A stretch of 64,000 nt of DNA, taken from the NCBI GenBank assembly GCA_944381085.1, contig CALWJX010000005.1, positions 24,289-88,288 of the forward strand. The letters run 5' to 3'. This document shows positions 9,886 to 18,919 of the stretch, piece after piece. The notes beneath the pieces were generated by a model, which had not been told where the DNA came from, made no database searches, and worked only from the letters and a program-made list of their open reading frames with translations. Each line of letters opens with the position of its first letter. The stretch's first letter is position 1. This DNA comes from an uncultured Clostridia bacterium. Its GTDB lineage: Bacteria; Bacillota; Clostridia; Oscillospirales; CAG-272. The position numbers and the translations under genes are program-made.

Positions 9886-9920
9886 ATATGACAGGTCAGG
9901 AAAAATTCGGAGACGAAATA

Positions 9921-10637
9921 ATGAAAATAATACAATGTAAAGATTATGATGAAATTTCGACTGCCGCGGCAAATGAGGTGGCAAGGGTAATCAGAGAGAA
10001 GAGGAGACCCGTGTTAGGTCTTGCGACCGGGTCTACTCCCGTGGGGATGTACGAGAAGCTTGTAAGGATGTATGGTAAGGGAGAGCTTGATTTTTCAGGT
10101 GTGACGAGCGTCAATCTTGACGAATATTATCCGATCTCTCCCGACAATGTGCAGAGCTACAGGTATTACATGAACAATAAGCTCTTTGACCGCGTAAATA
10201 TAGACAAAAACAATACCTATATACCGAACGGAAACGCCGCGGACCCGTACGATGAATGTGCCAAATACGATTCTGTGTTGGATTCATTGGGGAAAATAGA
10301 TTTGCAGGTGCTCGGAATAGGACGGAACGGACATATCGGCTTCAATGAGCCGGATGAAAGCCTGTATCTCGGAACACATGTGACGCGGCTTTCCGATAGC
10401 ACGGTAAAGGCAAATTCACGCTTTTTTTCCGAAGGCGAAAAAATTCCCGACAGGGCGCTGACAATGGGAATAGGGTCTATTTTCAAAGCGGATAAAATAA
10501 TTCTGCTTGCCAGCGGAGACTCTAAGAAAGACGCCGTAAAACAGGTCTTGTCGGGAAAACTTACCACCTCGTGTCCCGCGACGCTGTTGAATCTTCATCC
10601 CGATGTTACGCTCATCTGCGACAGCGACGCTATGTAA
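9921..10637 (+). CDS. nagB: glucosamine-6-phosphate deaminase
   Basis: GLATGSTP and GIGRNGHIGFNEP motifs. Start at MKIIQC (9921); the ATG at 9888 abuts the repeat. Confidence 0.9.
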   Translation: MKIIQCKDYDEISTAAANEVARVIREKRRPVLGLATGSTPVGMYEKLVRMYGKGELDFSGVTSVNLDEYYPISPDNVQSYRYYMNNKLFDRVNIDKNNTYIPNGNAADPYDECAKYDSVLDSLGKIDLQVLGIGRNGHIGFNEPDESLYLGTHVTRLSDSTVKANSRFFSEGEKIPDRALTMGIGSIFKADKIILLASGDSKKDAVKQVLSGKLTTSCPATLLNLHPDVTLICDSDAM

Positions 10638-10668
10638 ATACATATTTTAACATTTTTGGAGCTTACCG

Positions 10669-11253
10669 ATGGAAAATTCATATATGGGCGCGGACGCAAA
10701 CGTAAGTGACGCGCTTTATAAGCAAATTGTAAGAGACAGTAAGACCGCCGCGGAAGAGCTGATTTGCCGGAGCAATATTTCCAAGGGAGATATTCTGGTT
10801 ATCGGATGCTCTTCCTCCGAAATTCTCGGTTCGGTGATTGGCAAGGGGTCGAGTTATAAGGCAGCGGAGGCGGTTTTTTCGGGTATTTATCCTTTGATTT
10901 CGGAGAAGGGGATTTACCTTGCCGCGCAGTGTTGCGAGCATCTCAACCGCGCGATAGTAATTGAAAGAGATTGTGCGGAAATTTACGGGTACGATGAGGT
11001 CTCGGCGGTGCCTCAGCCGAAAGCCGGGGGATCTTTCGCAACCGTGACGTATAAAAATTTAACTTCACCTGTTCTTGTTGAGCATATAAAAGCGCACGCC
11101 GGAATTGATATCGGAGGGACGCTTATCGGAATGCATTTGAGGGATGTCGCGGTGCCTCTCAGGCTTTCGGTTACAAAAATCGGTGAAGCTAATTTGATTT
11201 GCGCTATGACGAGACCGAAGTATATCGGCGGAGAGAGAACAAAATACTGTTGA
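10669..11253 (+). CDS. TIGR01440/UPF0340 (YwlG-like) family protein
   Basis: Conserved segments LVIGCSSSEI and AAQCCEHLNRA are typical of this family. Confidence 0.7.
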   Translation: MENSYMGADANVSDALYKQIVRDSKTAAEELICRSNISKGDILVIGCSSSEILGSVIGKGSSYKAAEAVFSGIYPLISEKGIYLAAQCCEHLNRAIVIERDCAEIYGYDEVSAVPQPKAGGSFATVTYKNLTSPVLVEHIKAHAGIDIGGTLIGMHLRDVAVPLRLSVTKIGEANLICAMTRPKYIGGERTKYC

Positions 11254-11328
11254 CTATTTAGGTCAACATTTTGAAAATGTAATTGAATGTGTCGGAAGCC
11301 GTAATGGCAGATTTGCCCGGAGGTGGAA

Positions 11329-12201
11329 ATGATCGGTCTGAAACGGGGAACCGTTAAACTCTATGAACATCAAAAAGAATGGGAAACGGAAGCCTTGAAT
11401 ACAATCTGCCGTCTGCAAGGAATTTTGGGAACCGTCATTAAAGATATTCAGCATGTGGGCAGTACTTCCGTCCCGTCAATAAAGGCAAAGCCCATTATAG
11501 ATATCGCGGTCGCTGTAGACGATTTTGGAGATATTCTTTCACTTGAGGATAAACTTAAAGCCTACGGCTTTTATTACAGACCCAACGCCGATCTGAATGG
11601 ACAGCTGCTATTTGCTTGCGGTAGTTTTTATGACGGCTCGGGGGACTTGCAGACGCATTTCATTCACGTTGTGCTGACTGACAGCATGGAGTGGAAAAAT
11701 TATGTAAACTTCAGAGATTATCTCAACAGGACGCCGTCGACAGCACGGGAATATGAGAATTTGAAAATTGCTCTTGCGGAAAAAAGTCCTGTTGAAGGCG
11801 GAAGGGTAAAATATACCGAAGGAAAACACGCGTTTATTGCGGAAACGCTGAGAAAGGCGCTTGTAAGTTCATACCTCGGCAAAACAGTCGTTATAAAAAT
11901 CGACCGTCCGGTGGGATATGTGCATAAAACAGATAATCAAAGCCTGACTTATCCCGTAAATTACGGGTATGTTCCGGGTGTGCTCGGCGGTGACGGCGAG
12001 GAGCTTGACGTATATTTGCTCGGTGTGGACAGACCTGTATACGAGTATGAGGGACGTATAATCGCCGCGGTTCACCGTAAGGATGATATTGAGGACAAGC
12101 TTGTTGCGGCGCCTTTGGATATGAGCTTCGACAAAGAGGAAATATCTGCAATGGTTGATTTTGCCGAAAAATATTACGATATTGAAATAGAAATGCCCTG
12201 A
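11329..12201 (+). CDS. GrpB-family domain fused to a short inorganic-pyrophosphatase-like domain
   Basis: The N-terminal half has the GrpB signature (HVGSTSVPSIKAKPIIDI). The C-terminal ~110 aa has a family-I PPase-like segment (YPVNYGYVPGVLGGDGEELDVYLLG). The start could also be the GTG at 11323. Confidence 0.6.
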   Translation: MIGLKRGTVKLYEHQKEWETEALNTICRLQGILGTVIKDIQHVGSTSVPSIKAKPIIDIAVAVDDFGDILSLEDKLKAYGFYYRPNADLNGQLLFACGSFYDGSGDLQTHFIHVVLTDSMEWKNYVNFRDYLNRTPSTAREYENLKIALAEKSPVEGGRVKYTEGKHAFIAETLRKALVSSYLGKTVVIKIDRPVGYVHKTDNQSLTYPVNYGYVPGVLGGDGEELDVYLLGVDRPVYEYEGRIIAAVHRKDDIEDKLVAAPLDMSFDKEEISAMVDFAEKYYDIEIEMP

Positions 12202-12315
12202 TTGAATTTTATGCGAAGTAGTTATATCTATTTGGCTTTTTGAATTGCAGATATTGAATTTGCCGGCTCGTCTTATGGTTGAGCCGGCATGATTATTCCT
12301 CATTTATACTGAGTT

Positions 12316-13281
12316 TTAGATTTTTACGAGTTGAATTTCGGAAATGATTTCTTTGAGAATATTCGCGGAGTTTAAAAGCTTTTCTTTTTCTTCATCGTTC
12401 AGTTTGATTTCGAGAATGCTCTCGACTCCGTTTTTTCCGAGAATACAGGGAACACCCAAGCATACGTTGTCAACTCCGTATTGTCCGTTCAGAAGTACGG
12501 AAATGGGGAGGATACTGTGTTCGTCGTTGATTATAGCGGTTACTATTCTGCGCACGGAATCTGCAATCGCGTAATATGTCGCGCCTTTGCCCTCAATTAT
12601 TCTGTATGCGCTGGTTGTGACGTCTTCGGCAAGAGTTTTTTTGGTGTTTTCGTCAAATTCAATATTTTTTTTCTTGCAGAAGCTGTCAAGGTCAATGCCG
12701 GATACGTTTGCGGAGCTCCATACGGCAAGTTCGCTGTCTCCGTGCTCGCCTATTATAAAAGAGTGAATATTCCGGCTGTCCACTCCGATGTGCCTGCCCA
12801 CAAGCTCCTTAAGCCTTGCGGTATCAAGGACGGTGCCGGAGCCTATAACCTTGCGCGGGTCAAGACCGGAGTATGAAAGAGTGTCATAGGTAAGGATGTC
12901 AACCGGATTTGTCACGGCGAGAATAATAGCGTCCTTGTTGTATTTTGTGACATTGTCGATAATGTTTCTGAAAATTTTTACGTTTTTGTCCACCAACTGT
13001 ATGCGTGTCTCTCCCGGCTGCTGATTTGCCCCCGCCGTGATTATGATAATACCGCAGTCGGATATATCCGAATATTTTCCCGCTTTTATCTCCATCGGCG
13101 CGTTGAAGGGAAGCGCGTGAGCTATATCGTCCGCTTCACCCTGAGCTTTTTTTTCGTTTATATCGATCAGTAAAAGTTTTGACAGCAGTCCGCTCTGCAT
13201 CAGAGAATATGCCGTTGTGGCGCCTACGTTCCCACAGCCTATTACCGCGCAGCTTCTTATATCGGTTTTGTTTTCCTGCAT
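12316..13281 (-). CDS. ldh: L-lactate dehydrogenase
   Basis: NAD-binding VIGCGNVG and the catalytic region IIGEHGDSE. Confidence 0.9.
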   Translation of the reverse strand: MQENKTDIRSCAVIGCGNVGATTAYSLMQSGLLSKLLLIDINEKKAQGEADDIAHALPFNAPMEIKAGKYSDISDCGIIIITAGANQQPGETRIQLVDKNVKIFRNIIDNVTKYNKDAIILAVTNPVDILTYDTLSYSGLDPRKVIGSGTVLDTARLKELVGRHIGVDSRNIHSFIIGEHGDSELAVWSSANVSGIDLDSFCKKKNIEFDENTKKTLAEDVTTSAYRIIEGKGATYYAIADSVRRIVTAIINDEHSILPISVLLNGQYGVDNVCLGVPCILGKNGVESILEIKLNDEEKEKLLNSANILKEIISEIQLVKI

Positions 13282-13533
13282 ATTGAATCTCCTTTTTATA
13301 TTTCTTTGTTTTTTTGTTATTTTGTGCAGAAACCGTTTTGTTGATACGTTTCTGAGTTTACGCTGAGATTTAAATTTTAAAGGAAGTGCATTTTACCGTA
13401 TTTTTAACAGTGTTGTCAAATTATGTAGTTATTACAAACAAACCTATGTTTGTTTACATATGATTAACAAAATTGACATTGTAATGTGATACAATATTAC
13501 AAATCTAATAATATAAGCAGGAGGTATTTAATT

Positions 13534-13827
13534 ATGAAAGCACCTGAATTTCTTGTGGTAAAAAAGAAAAAATCTCCGGTTGTTAAGATCGTGGTTATAG
13601 TTTCCGCAGTTGTGGCTGCCGGTGTGGCTTTGTTTACAATTTACAAGCTGTTCGGAGATAAGATCAAGTCAAAGGTAAAGGTGATGGGAGCAGTCGATAT
13701 TGACGGAGACGGCGAGACCGACGCAATAATGCTCGATACGACAGGTGACGGGGAAATAGATACCATTGTTTTGAATTCGGAGGACAGCGATAACAATTCC
13801 GACGCCGGAGAAAATACCGCTGAGTAA
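13534..13827 (+). CDS. small single-pass membrane protein with two DxDxDG-like acidic loops
   Basis: AGGAGG RBS 9 nt before the ATG at 13534. N-terminal TM (VVKIVVIVSAVVAAGVALFTIY), then DIDGDGETD and DTTGDGEID. No family recognised. Confidence 0.5.
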   Translation: MKAPEFLVVKKKKSPVVKIVVIVSAVVAAGVALFTIYKLFGDKIKSKVKVMGAVDIDGDGETDAIMLDTTGDGEIDTIVLNSEDSDNNSDAGENTAE

Positions 13828-13898
13828 TTGATTTTTTCAAGTGCGGTATGCCTGTTCCGGACAGGTTCGACCGAACGGTATCGGATTGTTTGCGGAAA

Positions 13899-13928
13899 GC
13901 GGCACAGCTTCGGCTGCGCCGTTTTTTG
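13899..13928 (+). terminator. intrinsic terminator candidate
   Basis: GCGGCACAGC-TTCG-GCTGCGCCG hairpin followed by TTTTTT. Confidence 0.6.
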
Positions 13929-14080
13929 TTGCTTGGGACATTTAGCTGACCGTTGTCTCTGACACATAGGTGTTTTGGTATGTCCGAAAAGAAATTGCCG
14001 CAAAGCAAAAGAGGTGTTTTGCCTGTAAAAAAGAACGGAAAAAACATCAATTTGAATTTTTACAAAGTATTAGTTTACAT

Positions 14081-14110
14081 AAAAAAACCAAGATCATTTG
14101 ACCTTGGTTT
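14081..14110 (-). terminator. intrinsic terminator candidate ending the ylxM-ffh-rpsP-KH operon
   Basis: On the minus strand, ACCAAGG-loop-CTTGGT followed by TTTTTTT. Confidence 0.6.
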
Positions 14111-14207
14111 TTATATTTGCGTAATGACGGTATAAACTCTGTCGTAAAATTTTACGAAAACTGCAATACTTTTCGGAGACAGTCCGTTTACACGAGTCTC
14201 TTTTAAT

Positions 14208-14444
14208 TTACCTTATATCGACATTGACTCTTTTGCCGCAGTCTGCGGACGCGGCTTTTATTACGGTGCGTATAGCTTTCGCGATTCTTCCGTTCTTGCC
14301 GATAACCATTCCCATGTCTTCAGGAGCCACGCTCAAAGTCAGGTTAATGGAATTGTCGGTTTCCTCGCATACAATACGTACCTCGTCCGGATTGTCAACG
14401 ATAGCCACCGCTATGTTGTTGAGTGTGCTTTTTAAATCTGCCAT
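14208..14444 (-). CDS. KH-domain RNA-binding protein (YlqC-like)
   Basis: KH GxxG loop (VIGKNGRIAKAIRTV). Conserved position after rpsP. Start at MADLKS. Confidence 0.85.
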   Translation of the reverse strand: MADLKSTLNNIAVAIVDNPDEVRIVCEETDNSINLTLSVAPEDMGMVIGKNGRIAKAIRTVIKAASADCGKRVNVDIR

Positions 14445-14499
14445 TTGTAAACCGTTCCTTTTCACAAACTGAAAAAAAGCTTATTTTTTCTGCCGATGT

Positions 14500-14742
14500 T
14501 CAGTCAATGACGCCTGATTTTTTGAGAAGCGCTTTGACGGTATCCGTAGGCTGTGCTCCTTTTGCGAGCCATTCCTTTGCGCTTTCACCGTTGATTTTTA
14601 TTTCGGCGGGTTCGGTGCAGGGATTGTAATATCCTATTTCTTCGATAAAACGTCCGTCTCTGGGATAGCGGCTGTCCGCTACTACAACACGGTAAAAGGG
14701 AGCTTTTTTAGCGCCCATTCTTCTGAGTCTGATTTTAACCAT
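14500..14742 (-). CDS. rpsP: 30S ribosomal protein S16
   Basis: [25 protein letters not shown]... is canonical bS16. Confidence 0.95.
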   Translation of the reverse strand: MVKIRLRRMGAKKAPFYRVVVADSRYPRDGRFIEEIGYYNPCTEPAEIKINGESAKEWLAKGAQPTDTVKALLKKSGVID

Positions 14743-14825
14743 TTTTTTGTCCTCCAAAAATTTTGTGTTTAAATATTTTATTATTCCGTAAAGTTTATAG
14801 TTAACATACGGTATAAAAGCTTGAA

Positions 14826-14923
14826 TTCAATAAGGGGTCAAGCCACAATTCAATGTTTTCAGTGGGAGATGACCTATCTCTGTCGAAAAAATCAAGTGGC
14901 AAGACATCTCAAATTTAGTTATA
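14826..14923 (-). repeat. dispersed intergenic repeat, copy C (short form)
   Basis: The reverse complement reads TATAACTAAATTTGAGATGTCTTGCCACTTGATTTTTTC..ATCTCCCACTGAAAACATTGAATTGTGGCTTGACCCCTTATTGAA. Lies between ffh and rpsP. Confidence 0.8.
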
Positions 14924-14932
14924 CAAAGTGTA

Positions 14933-16291
14933 TTAAAAGGGCATTTTGGATTTTCCGAACATTCCGAAAGAACGTCTCATTTTGTTTTGTCCGGATTTGC
15001 TCATGTCGGAAAACTGTTTCATAAGTGTCTTTATCTGGTCGTACTGCTTGAGAAGCCTGTTGATTTCCTCGACCGTTGTGCCGCTTCCCGCCGCGACTCT
15101 TTTCTTTCTTGACGCGTTAAGAATATCGGGCTTTTCTCTTTCCTTGCGTGTCATGGATTTTATGATCGCTTCCTGACGGACGAGGAGTCTCTCGTCGAAT
15201 TTAGCGTCTTTGAGGGCGCCCGGCTTGATACCCGGCATCATTCCCGCAAGCTGCTCAAGATTTCCCATGCCTTTGAGTTGTTGCATCTGTTCAAGGTAAT
15301 CGTCAAGCGTAAATATTGACTGTCTGAGCTTTTCCTCAAGTTCGGACGCCTTCTTTTCGTCAAATTGCTGCTGGGCTTTATCGATCAGCGTCAGCACATC
15401 GCCCATCCCGAGAATACGGCGTGCCATTCTGTCCGGGTGAAACGGCTCTATGGCGTCAAGCTTTTCTCCTACGCCGATGAACTTTATCGGCTTTCCGGTG
15501 ACATATCTTACGGATAACGCCGCGCCGCCTCTGGTGTCGCCGTCAAGCTTCGTAAGAATAACTCCGGTGATGTCGAGCATGTTGTTGAAGGTTTCCGCGA
15601 CATTTACTGATTCCTGACCTATCATTGAGTCTATTGTAAGCAGAATTTCGTCCGGATGTATCTCGTTTTTAATGTCTACAAGCTCACGCATAAGAACTTC
15701 GTCAATCTGCAGTCTGCCCGCGGTGTCTACAAATACCATGTCATAACCCTTTTGATTGGCAAACCGAATACTTTCCCGTGCGATTTTGACGGGGGACACC
15801 TCGTTTCCCATCTGAAAGACCGGGATTGACAGCTTTTCTCCTATTACCTCAAGCTGTTTGATTGCCGCGGGACGGTATATATCGCAGGCAACAAGCAGAG
15901 GATTTTTACCTTGTTTTTTATACATTCCGGCAAGTTTACCCGCATGTGTGGTTTTTCCGGCGCCCTGAAGTCCGACCATCATGACAATTGTGGGCGGTTT
16001 CGAGGCAATTGTAAGTTTTGACTGCGTAGAACCCATCAATGACGTAAGCTCTTCACAGACTATTTTGACGACCTGCTGACCGGGATTGAGAGATTCCAGC
16101 ACTTCCGCCCCTACGGCACGTTCGGACGCGGTCTTTATAAAATCTCTGACCACTTTGAAATTTACGTCCGCCTCAAGCAGCGCGAGCTTGATTTCTCTCA
16201 TGCCGGATTTTATATCCGACTCGGTAAGCGTTCCTTTGTTTCTGAATTTTTTAAATATATTGTCAAGCTTTTCGCTCAGGTTCTGAAACAC
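14933..16291 (-). CDS. ffh: signal recognition particle protein
   Basis: SRP GTPase motifs GLQGAGKTT, DTAGR and TKLDGDTRGG, plus a Met-rich M domain. Confidence 0.95.
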   Translation of the reverse strand: MFQNLSEKLDNIFKKFRNKGTLTESDIKSGMREIKLALLEADVNFKVVRDFIKTASERAVGAEVLESLNPGQQVVKIVCEELTSLMGSTQSKLTIASKPPTIVMMVGLQGAGKTTHAGKLAGMYKKQGKNPLLVACDIYRPAAIKQLEVIGEKLSIPVFQMGNEVSPVKIARESIRFANQKGYDMVFVDTAGRLQIDEVLMRELVDIKNEIHPDEILLTIDSMIGQESVNVAETFNNMLDITGVILTKLDGDTRGGAALSVRYVTGKPIKFIGVGEKLDAIEPFHPDRMARRILGMGDVLTLIDKAQQQFDEKKASELEEKLRQSIFTLDDYLEQMQQLKGMGNLEQLAGMMPGIKPGALKDAKFDERLLVRQEAIIKSMTRKEREKPDILNASRKKRVAAGSGTTVEEINRLLKQYDQIKTLMKQFSDMSKSGQNKMRRSFGMFGKSKMPF

Positions 16292-16353
16292 TTTTTAAAT
16301 CACCTCCCATTATAGGTCATATACATGTTTACCGTTTTATATTCAGATTTCAG

Positions 16354-16467
16354 ATAATAAAGGGGCAAAGTCCCGTCAGTCAATATTTCGCTGGGAGATT
16401 GTATTGCCCACTGAAAAAATCAAGTAGCACCCGCCTAAGAGTCGGAGGACGTCTTAATTTGGTTATA
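16354..16467 (-). repeat. dispersed intergenic repeat, copy D (long form with GC-rich insert)
   Basis: The reverse complement reads TATAACCAAATTAAGACGTCCTCCGACTCTTAGGCGGGTGCTACTTGATTTTTTCAGTGGG..CCCAGCGAAATATTGACTGACGGGACTTTGCCCCTTTATTAT. Lies between ylxM and ffh. Confidence 0.8.
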
Positions 16468-16507
16468 TGGCTATTCTTATTTACAGGAAAAATACGAAAC
16501 AAAAATA

Positions 16508-16840
16508 TCAGCCGATATTTTCAAGCAGAAGTTTAATTTCATTTATTATTTCCTGACTTACCGACTCCTCTTTGCAGAGAGACAGGGCCTTTTGAGCATG
16601 TGCCTGCGCCAGCCCGAATTTTTTTGAAAGTCCGAGTTTGCTTTCATAAAAAAGCAGTTCGTCCTCCGCTTTTTTTATCATGTCACGAACGCCTTGACGG
16701 GAAATATTCATTTCGGCGGAAATTTCGGAGAGCGACATGTCGTCATTATAGTAAAAGTCAAGGGCGCTTTTTTTTCGCTCGGTCAGGAGTTCTCCGTAAA
16801 AATCCAACAACAGACCGATATTTAAGTTTTTTTCAAACAT
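16508..16840 (-). CDS. ylxM: YlxM-type putative DNA-binding protein (UPF0122)
   Basis: Sigma-70 region-4-like HTH (SLSEISAEMNISRQGVRDMIKKA). Conserved position upstream of ffh. Start at MFEKNL. Confidence 0.85.
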   Translation of the reverse strand: MFEKNLNIGLLLDFYGELLTERKKSALDFYYNDDMSLSEISAEMNISRQGVRDMIKKAEDELLFYESKLGLSKKFGLAQAHAQKALSLCKEESVSQEIINEIKLLLENIG

Positions 16841-17094
16841 ACGGAACAACACGCCTCCGATTGTAAAATGATACTTCATTGCACAGGGTTTTGTTCAGAA
16901 GTCGGAAATTGATGTAAAGTAAAATACTTTACAGATTATACCATACTTATTCGCATTTGTCAATAGCTTTTTTCGTAATTTTTTATAAGACCTATTCGGA
17001 GCGATAAATTTGAGATTAAATGTATAAAAATCCGCATAAATATTCATTTATTCTGAAATTAATAAACAATTTTTCCAAAAGTATTATTTGACTA

Positions 17095-17123
17095 TTGACA
17101 AATATATGATTTGATGATAAAAT
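17095..17123 (+). promoter_or_regulatory. sigma-70-type promoter candidate for the amino-acid ABC operon
   Basis: TTGACA (17095-17100), 17-nt spacer, TGaTAAAAT (-10 at 17118-17123). Confidence 0.55.
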
Positions 17124-17161
17124 AATAAAATCATAAATAATTTCATTCGGAGGTTACCTAC

Positions 17162-18052
17162 ATGAAAAAAATTTTAACTGTCGCGCTTGCCGTGCTTATG
17201 CTGTCTATGACGGCGCTGTCATTTACGGCTTGCGGCGATAAAAATGTGGAACTTGTCGCGGTCGACGCGGAAGACCTGCTTACGGAAGACTTCGGTATAG
17301 CGGTAAAGAAGGGAAATACCGCACTTCTTGAAAAAATCAATGCCGTTGTTGACGAGTGGATTGAAGACGGTACAATGCAAAAATACATTGACTATTATGA
17401 CGCTCTTGCCAAAAACGAGTCGCCCGACGCGGGAGACCTCAAGCTTACATGGGATTTCGGCTCGGCTACCGAGACCATAACCATGTACACAGAATCCGGG
17501 TTTGCGCCCTTTGAATTTATTAAGGACAACAATGTAGTCGGAGTGGACGTTGCCATTATGAGCGAGGTCGCGCAGAGAGACGGTAAAAAGCTTGAGGTGC
17601 AGGACGTTGCTTTCGATACTATCACAACAAGCGTTAAATCCGCCGAGGGAGACGCCGTCGGAGCCGCTGGCATCACTATAAATGACGAGAGAAAGGAAGA
17701 GGTCGATTTTTCCAATATTTATTACAGCTCGACATTGGTCATTGTTTCCGCAAAGGATAAGAGCATAGGTAAAGTCGCCGATCTTTCGGGACTTGCGGTC
17801 GGAGTTCAGGAGGGAACCAGCGGCGACCTTATAATATCCGACGCGAAAAAAGACGCCGGATATTCCTATGATGACACCGACGAGCAGGGAAACGCGGTTA
17901 CACGCACGGTTAAGGTTGACGGTTCTACCGAAGTCAAGCAATATAAACAATATGCTTTGGCGCTTGCGGATCTTAAGGCGGGCAGAATAGACGCCATACT
18001 TATGGATAAGCTTCCCGCTCAGGCAATGCTCGCGTCTTCGGACAATCAATAA
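17162..18052 (+). CDS. amino-acid ABC transporter substrate-binding lipoprotein
   Basis: Signal peptide with lipobox (LSFTAC) and a family-3 SBP-like body. First gene of an SBP-permease-ATPase operon. Confidence 0.85.
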   Translation: MKKILTVALAVLMLSMTALSFTACGDKNVELVAVDAEDLLTEDFGIAVKKGNTALLEKINAVVDEWIEDGTMQKYIDYYDALAKNESPDAGDLKLTWDFGSATETITMYTESGFAPFEFIKDNNVVGVDVAIMSEVAQRDGKKLEVQDVAFDTITTSVKSAEGDAVGAAGITINDERKEEVDFSNIYYSSTLVIVSAKDKSIGKVADLSGLAVGVQEGTSGDLIISDAKKDAGYSYDDTDEQGNAVTRTVKVDGSTEVKQYKQYALALADLKAGRIDAILMDKLPAQAMLASSDNQ

Positions 18053-18060
18053 CAGCAACA

Positions 18061-18092
18061 TTCAGTGAGAGGGTATAGTTGCCCCCTCACTG
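18061..18092 (+). repeat. intercistronic hairpin resembling the central palindrome of the dispersed repeat
   Basis: TTCAGTGAG(A)GGG - 9-nt loop - CCCCTCACTG, about 10 bp. It starts with the same TTCAGTG and its 3' arm ends with the same CACTG as the core of repeats A, C and E. Confidence 0.5.
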
Positions 18093-18203
18093 TCTGAATA
18101 AACCGACTTTTTTACATTTGCGAACACGTCGGGTAATCGGAATTTCCGGAGCTTGATGTAATTTGGATTTTAATGATAGTCCGGTGAGGACGTGGAGAAT
18201 TAA

Positions 18204-18917
18204 ATGAATGTAGCAGAATTTTTTCAGTCACTTTGGAACAGATTTTCAAAGTCGTTTTTGGAAGAGGACAGATGGGAGCTGTATTTGCAGGGATTGGGCA
18301 ACACCCTGATAATAGCTCTTATCGCGGCGATAATAGGCATTGTTATAGGTTTTACACTTGCCATGGTCAACTACGTCAACAAAAAGACCGGAAAGCTTAA
18401 GCCTTTGGCGGCGATATCGAAAATTTACATAACCATAATCCGCGGCACTCCTGTGGTACTTCAGCTCATGATTATGTATTTTGTCATTCTGGTGTCATGG
18501 GACAGCGGAATTATGATAGGCGCGATTACTTTCGGTCTTAATTCCGGAGCTTATGTCGCCGAGGTGGCGCGCGCCGGATTTGAGGCGGTTGACGACGGGC
18601 AGAGAGAGGCGGGACGCTCTCTCGGTTTGTCAACATGGGAGACTATGAGATATATCATAATACCGCAGGCGCTGAGAAATTGTCTGCCCCCGCTTTTCAA
18701 TGAGTTCATAACTCTTGTCAAGGAAACCGCGGTGGTAGGCTATGTGGGGATATATGACCTCGGAAAAATACCGGGTCTCATTCAGTCAAGGACATTTGAC
18801 TATCTTTTCCCGCTGTTGATAGCGGCGGTCATGTATCTTGTGGTGGTCATGATTCTGACAAAAATTTTGCGGATACTTGAGAAAAAATATGCCAAGAGCG
18901 ACAGAGGGAGGGACTGA
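18204..18917 (+). CDS. amino-acid ABC transporter permease
   Basis: Polar amino-acid permease layout with an EAA-type loop ([22 protein letters not shown]). Confidence 0.9.
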   Translation: MNVAEFFQSLWNRFSKSFLEEDRWELYLQGLGNTLIIALIAAIIGIVIGFTLAMVNYVNKKTGKLKPLAAISKIYITIIRGTPVVLQLMIMYFVILVSWDSGIMIGAITFGLNSGAYVAEVARAGFEAVDDGQREAGRSLGLSTWETMRYIIIPQALRNCLPPLFNEFITLVKETAVVGYVGIYDLGKIPGLIQSRTFDYLFPLLIAAVMYLVVVMILTKILRILEKKYAKSDRGRD

Positions 18918-18919
18918 TT

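Noticed and set aside
17219-18061. 280-aa ORF antisense to the amino-acid SBP gene.
   Set aside because: It lies entirely within, and opposite to, a gene with a clear lipoprotein signal, family resemblance and operon context. This is an antisense shadow ORF. The same reasoning applies to 53070-53831, 59367-60038, 27649-28251, 43169-43735, 28588-29154 and the other internal ORFs in the track.
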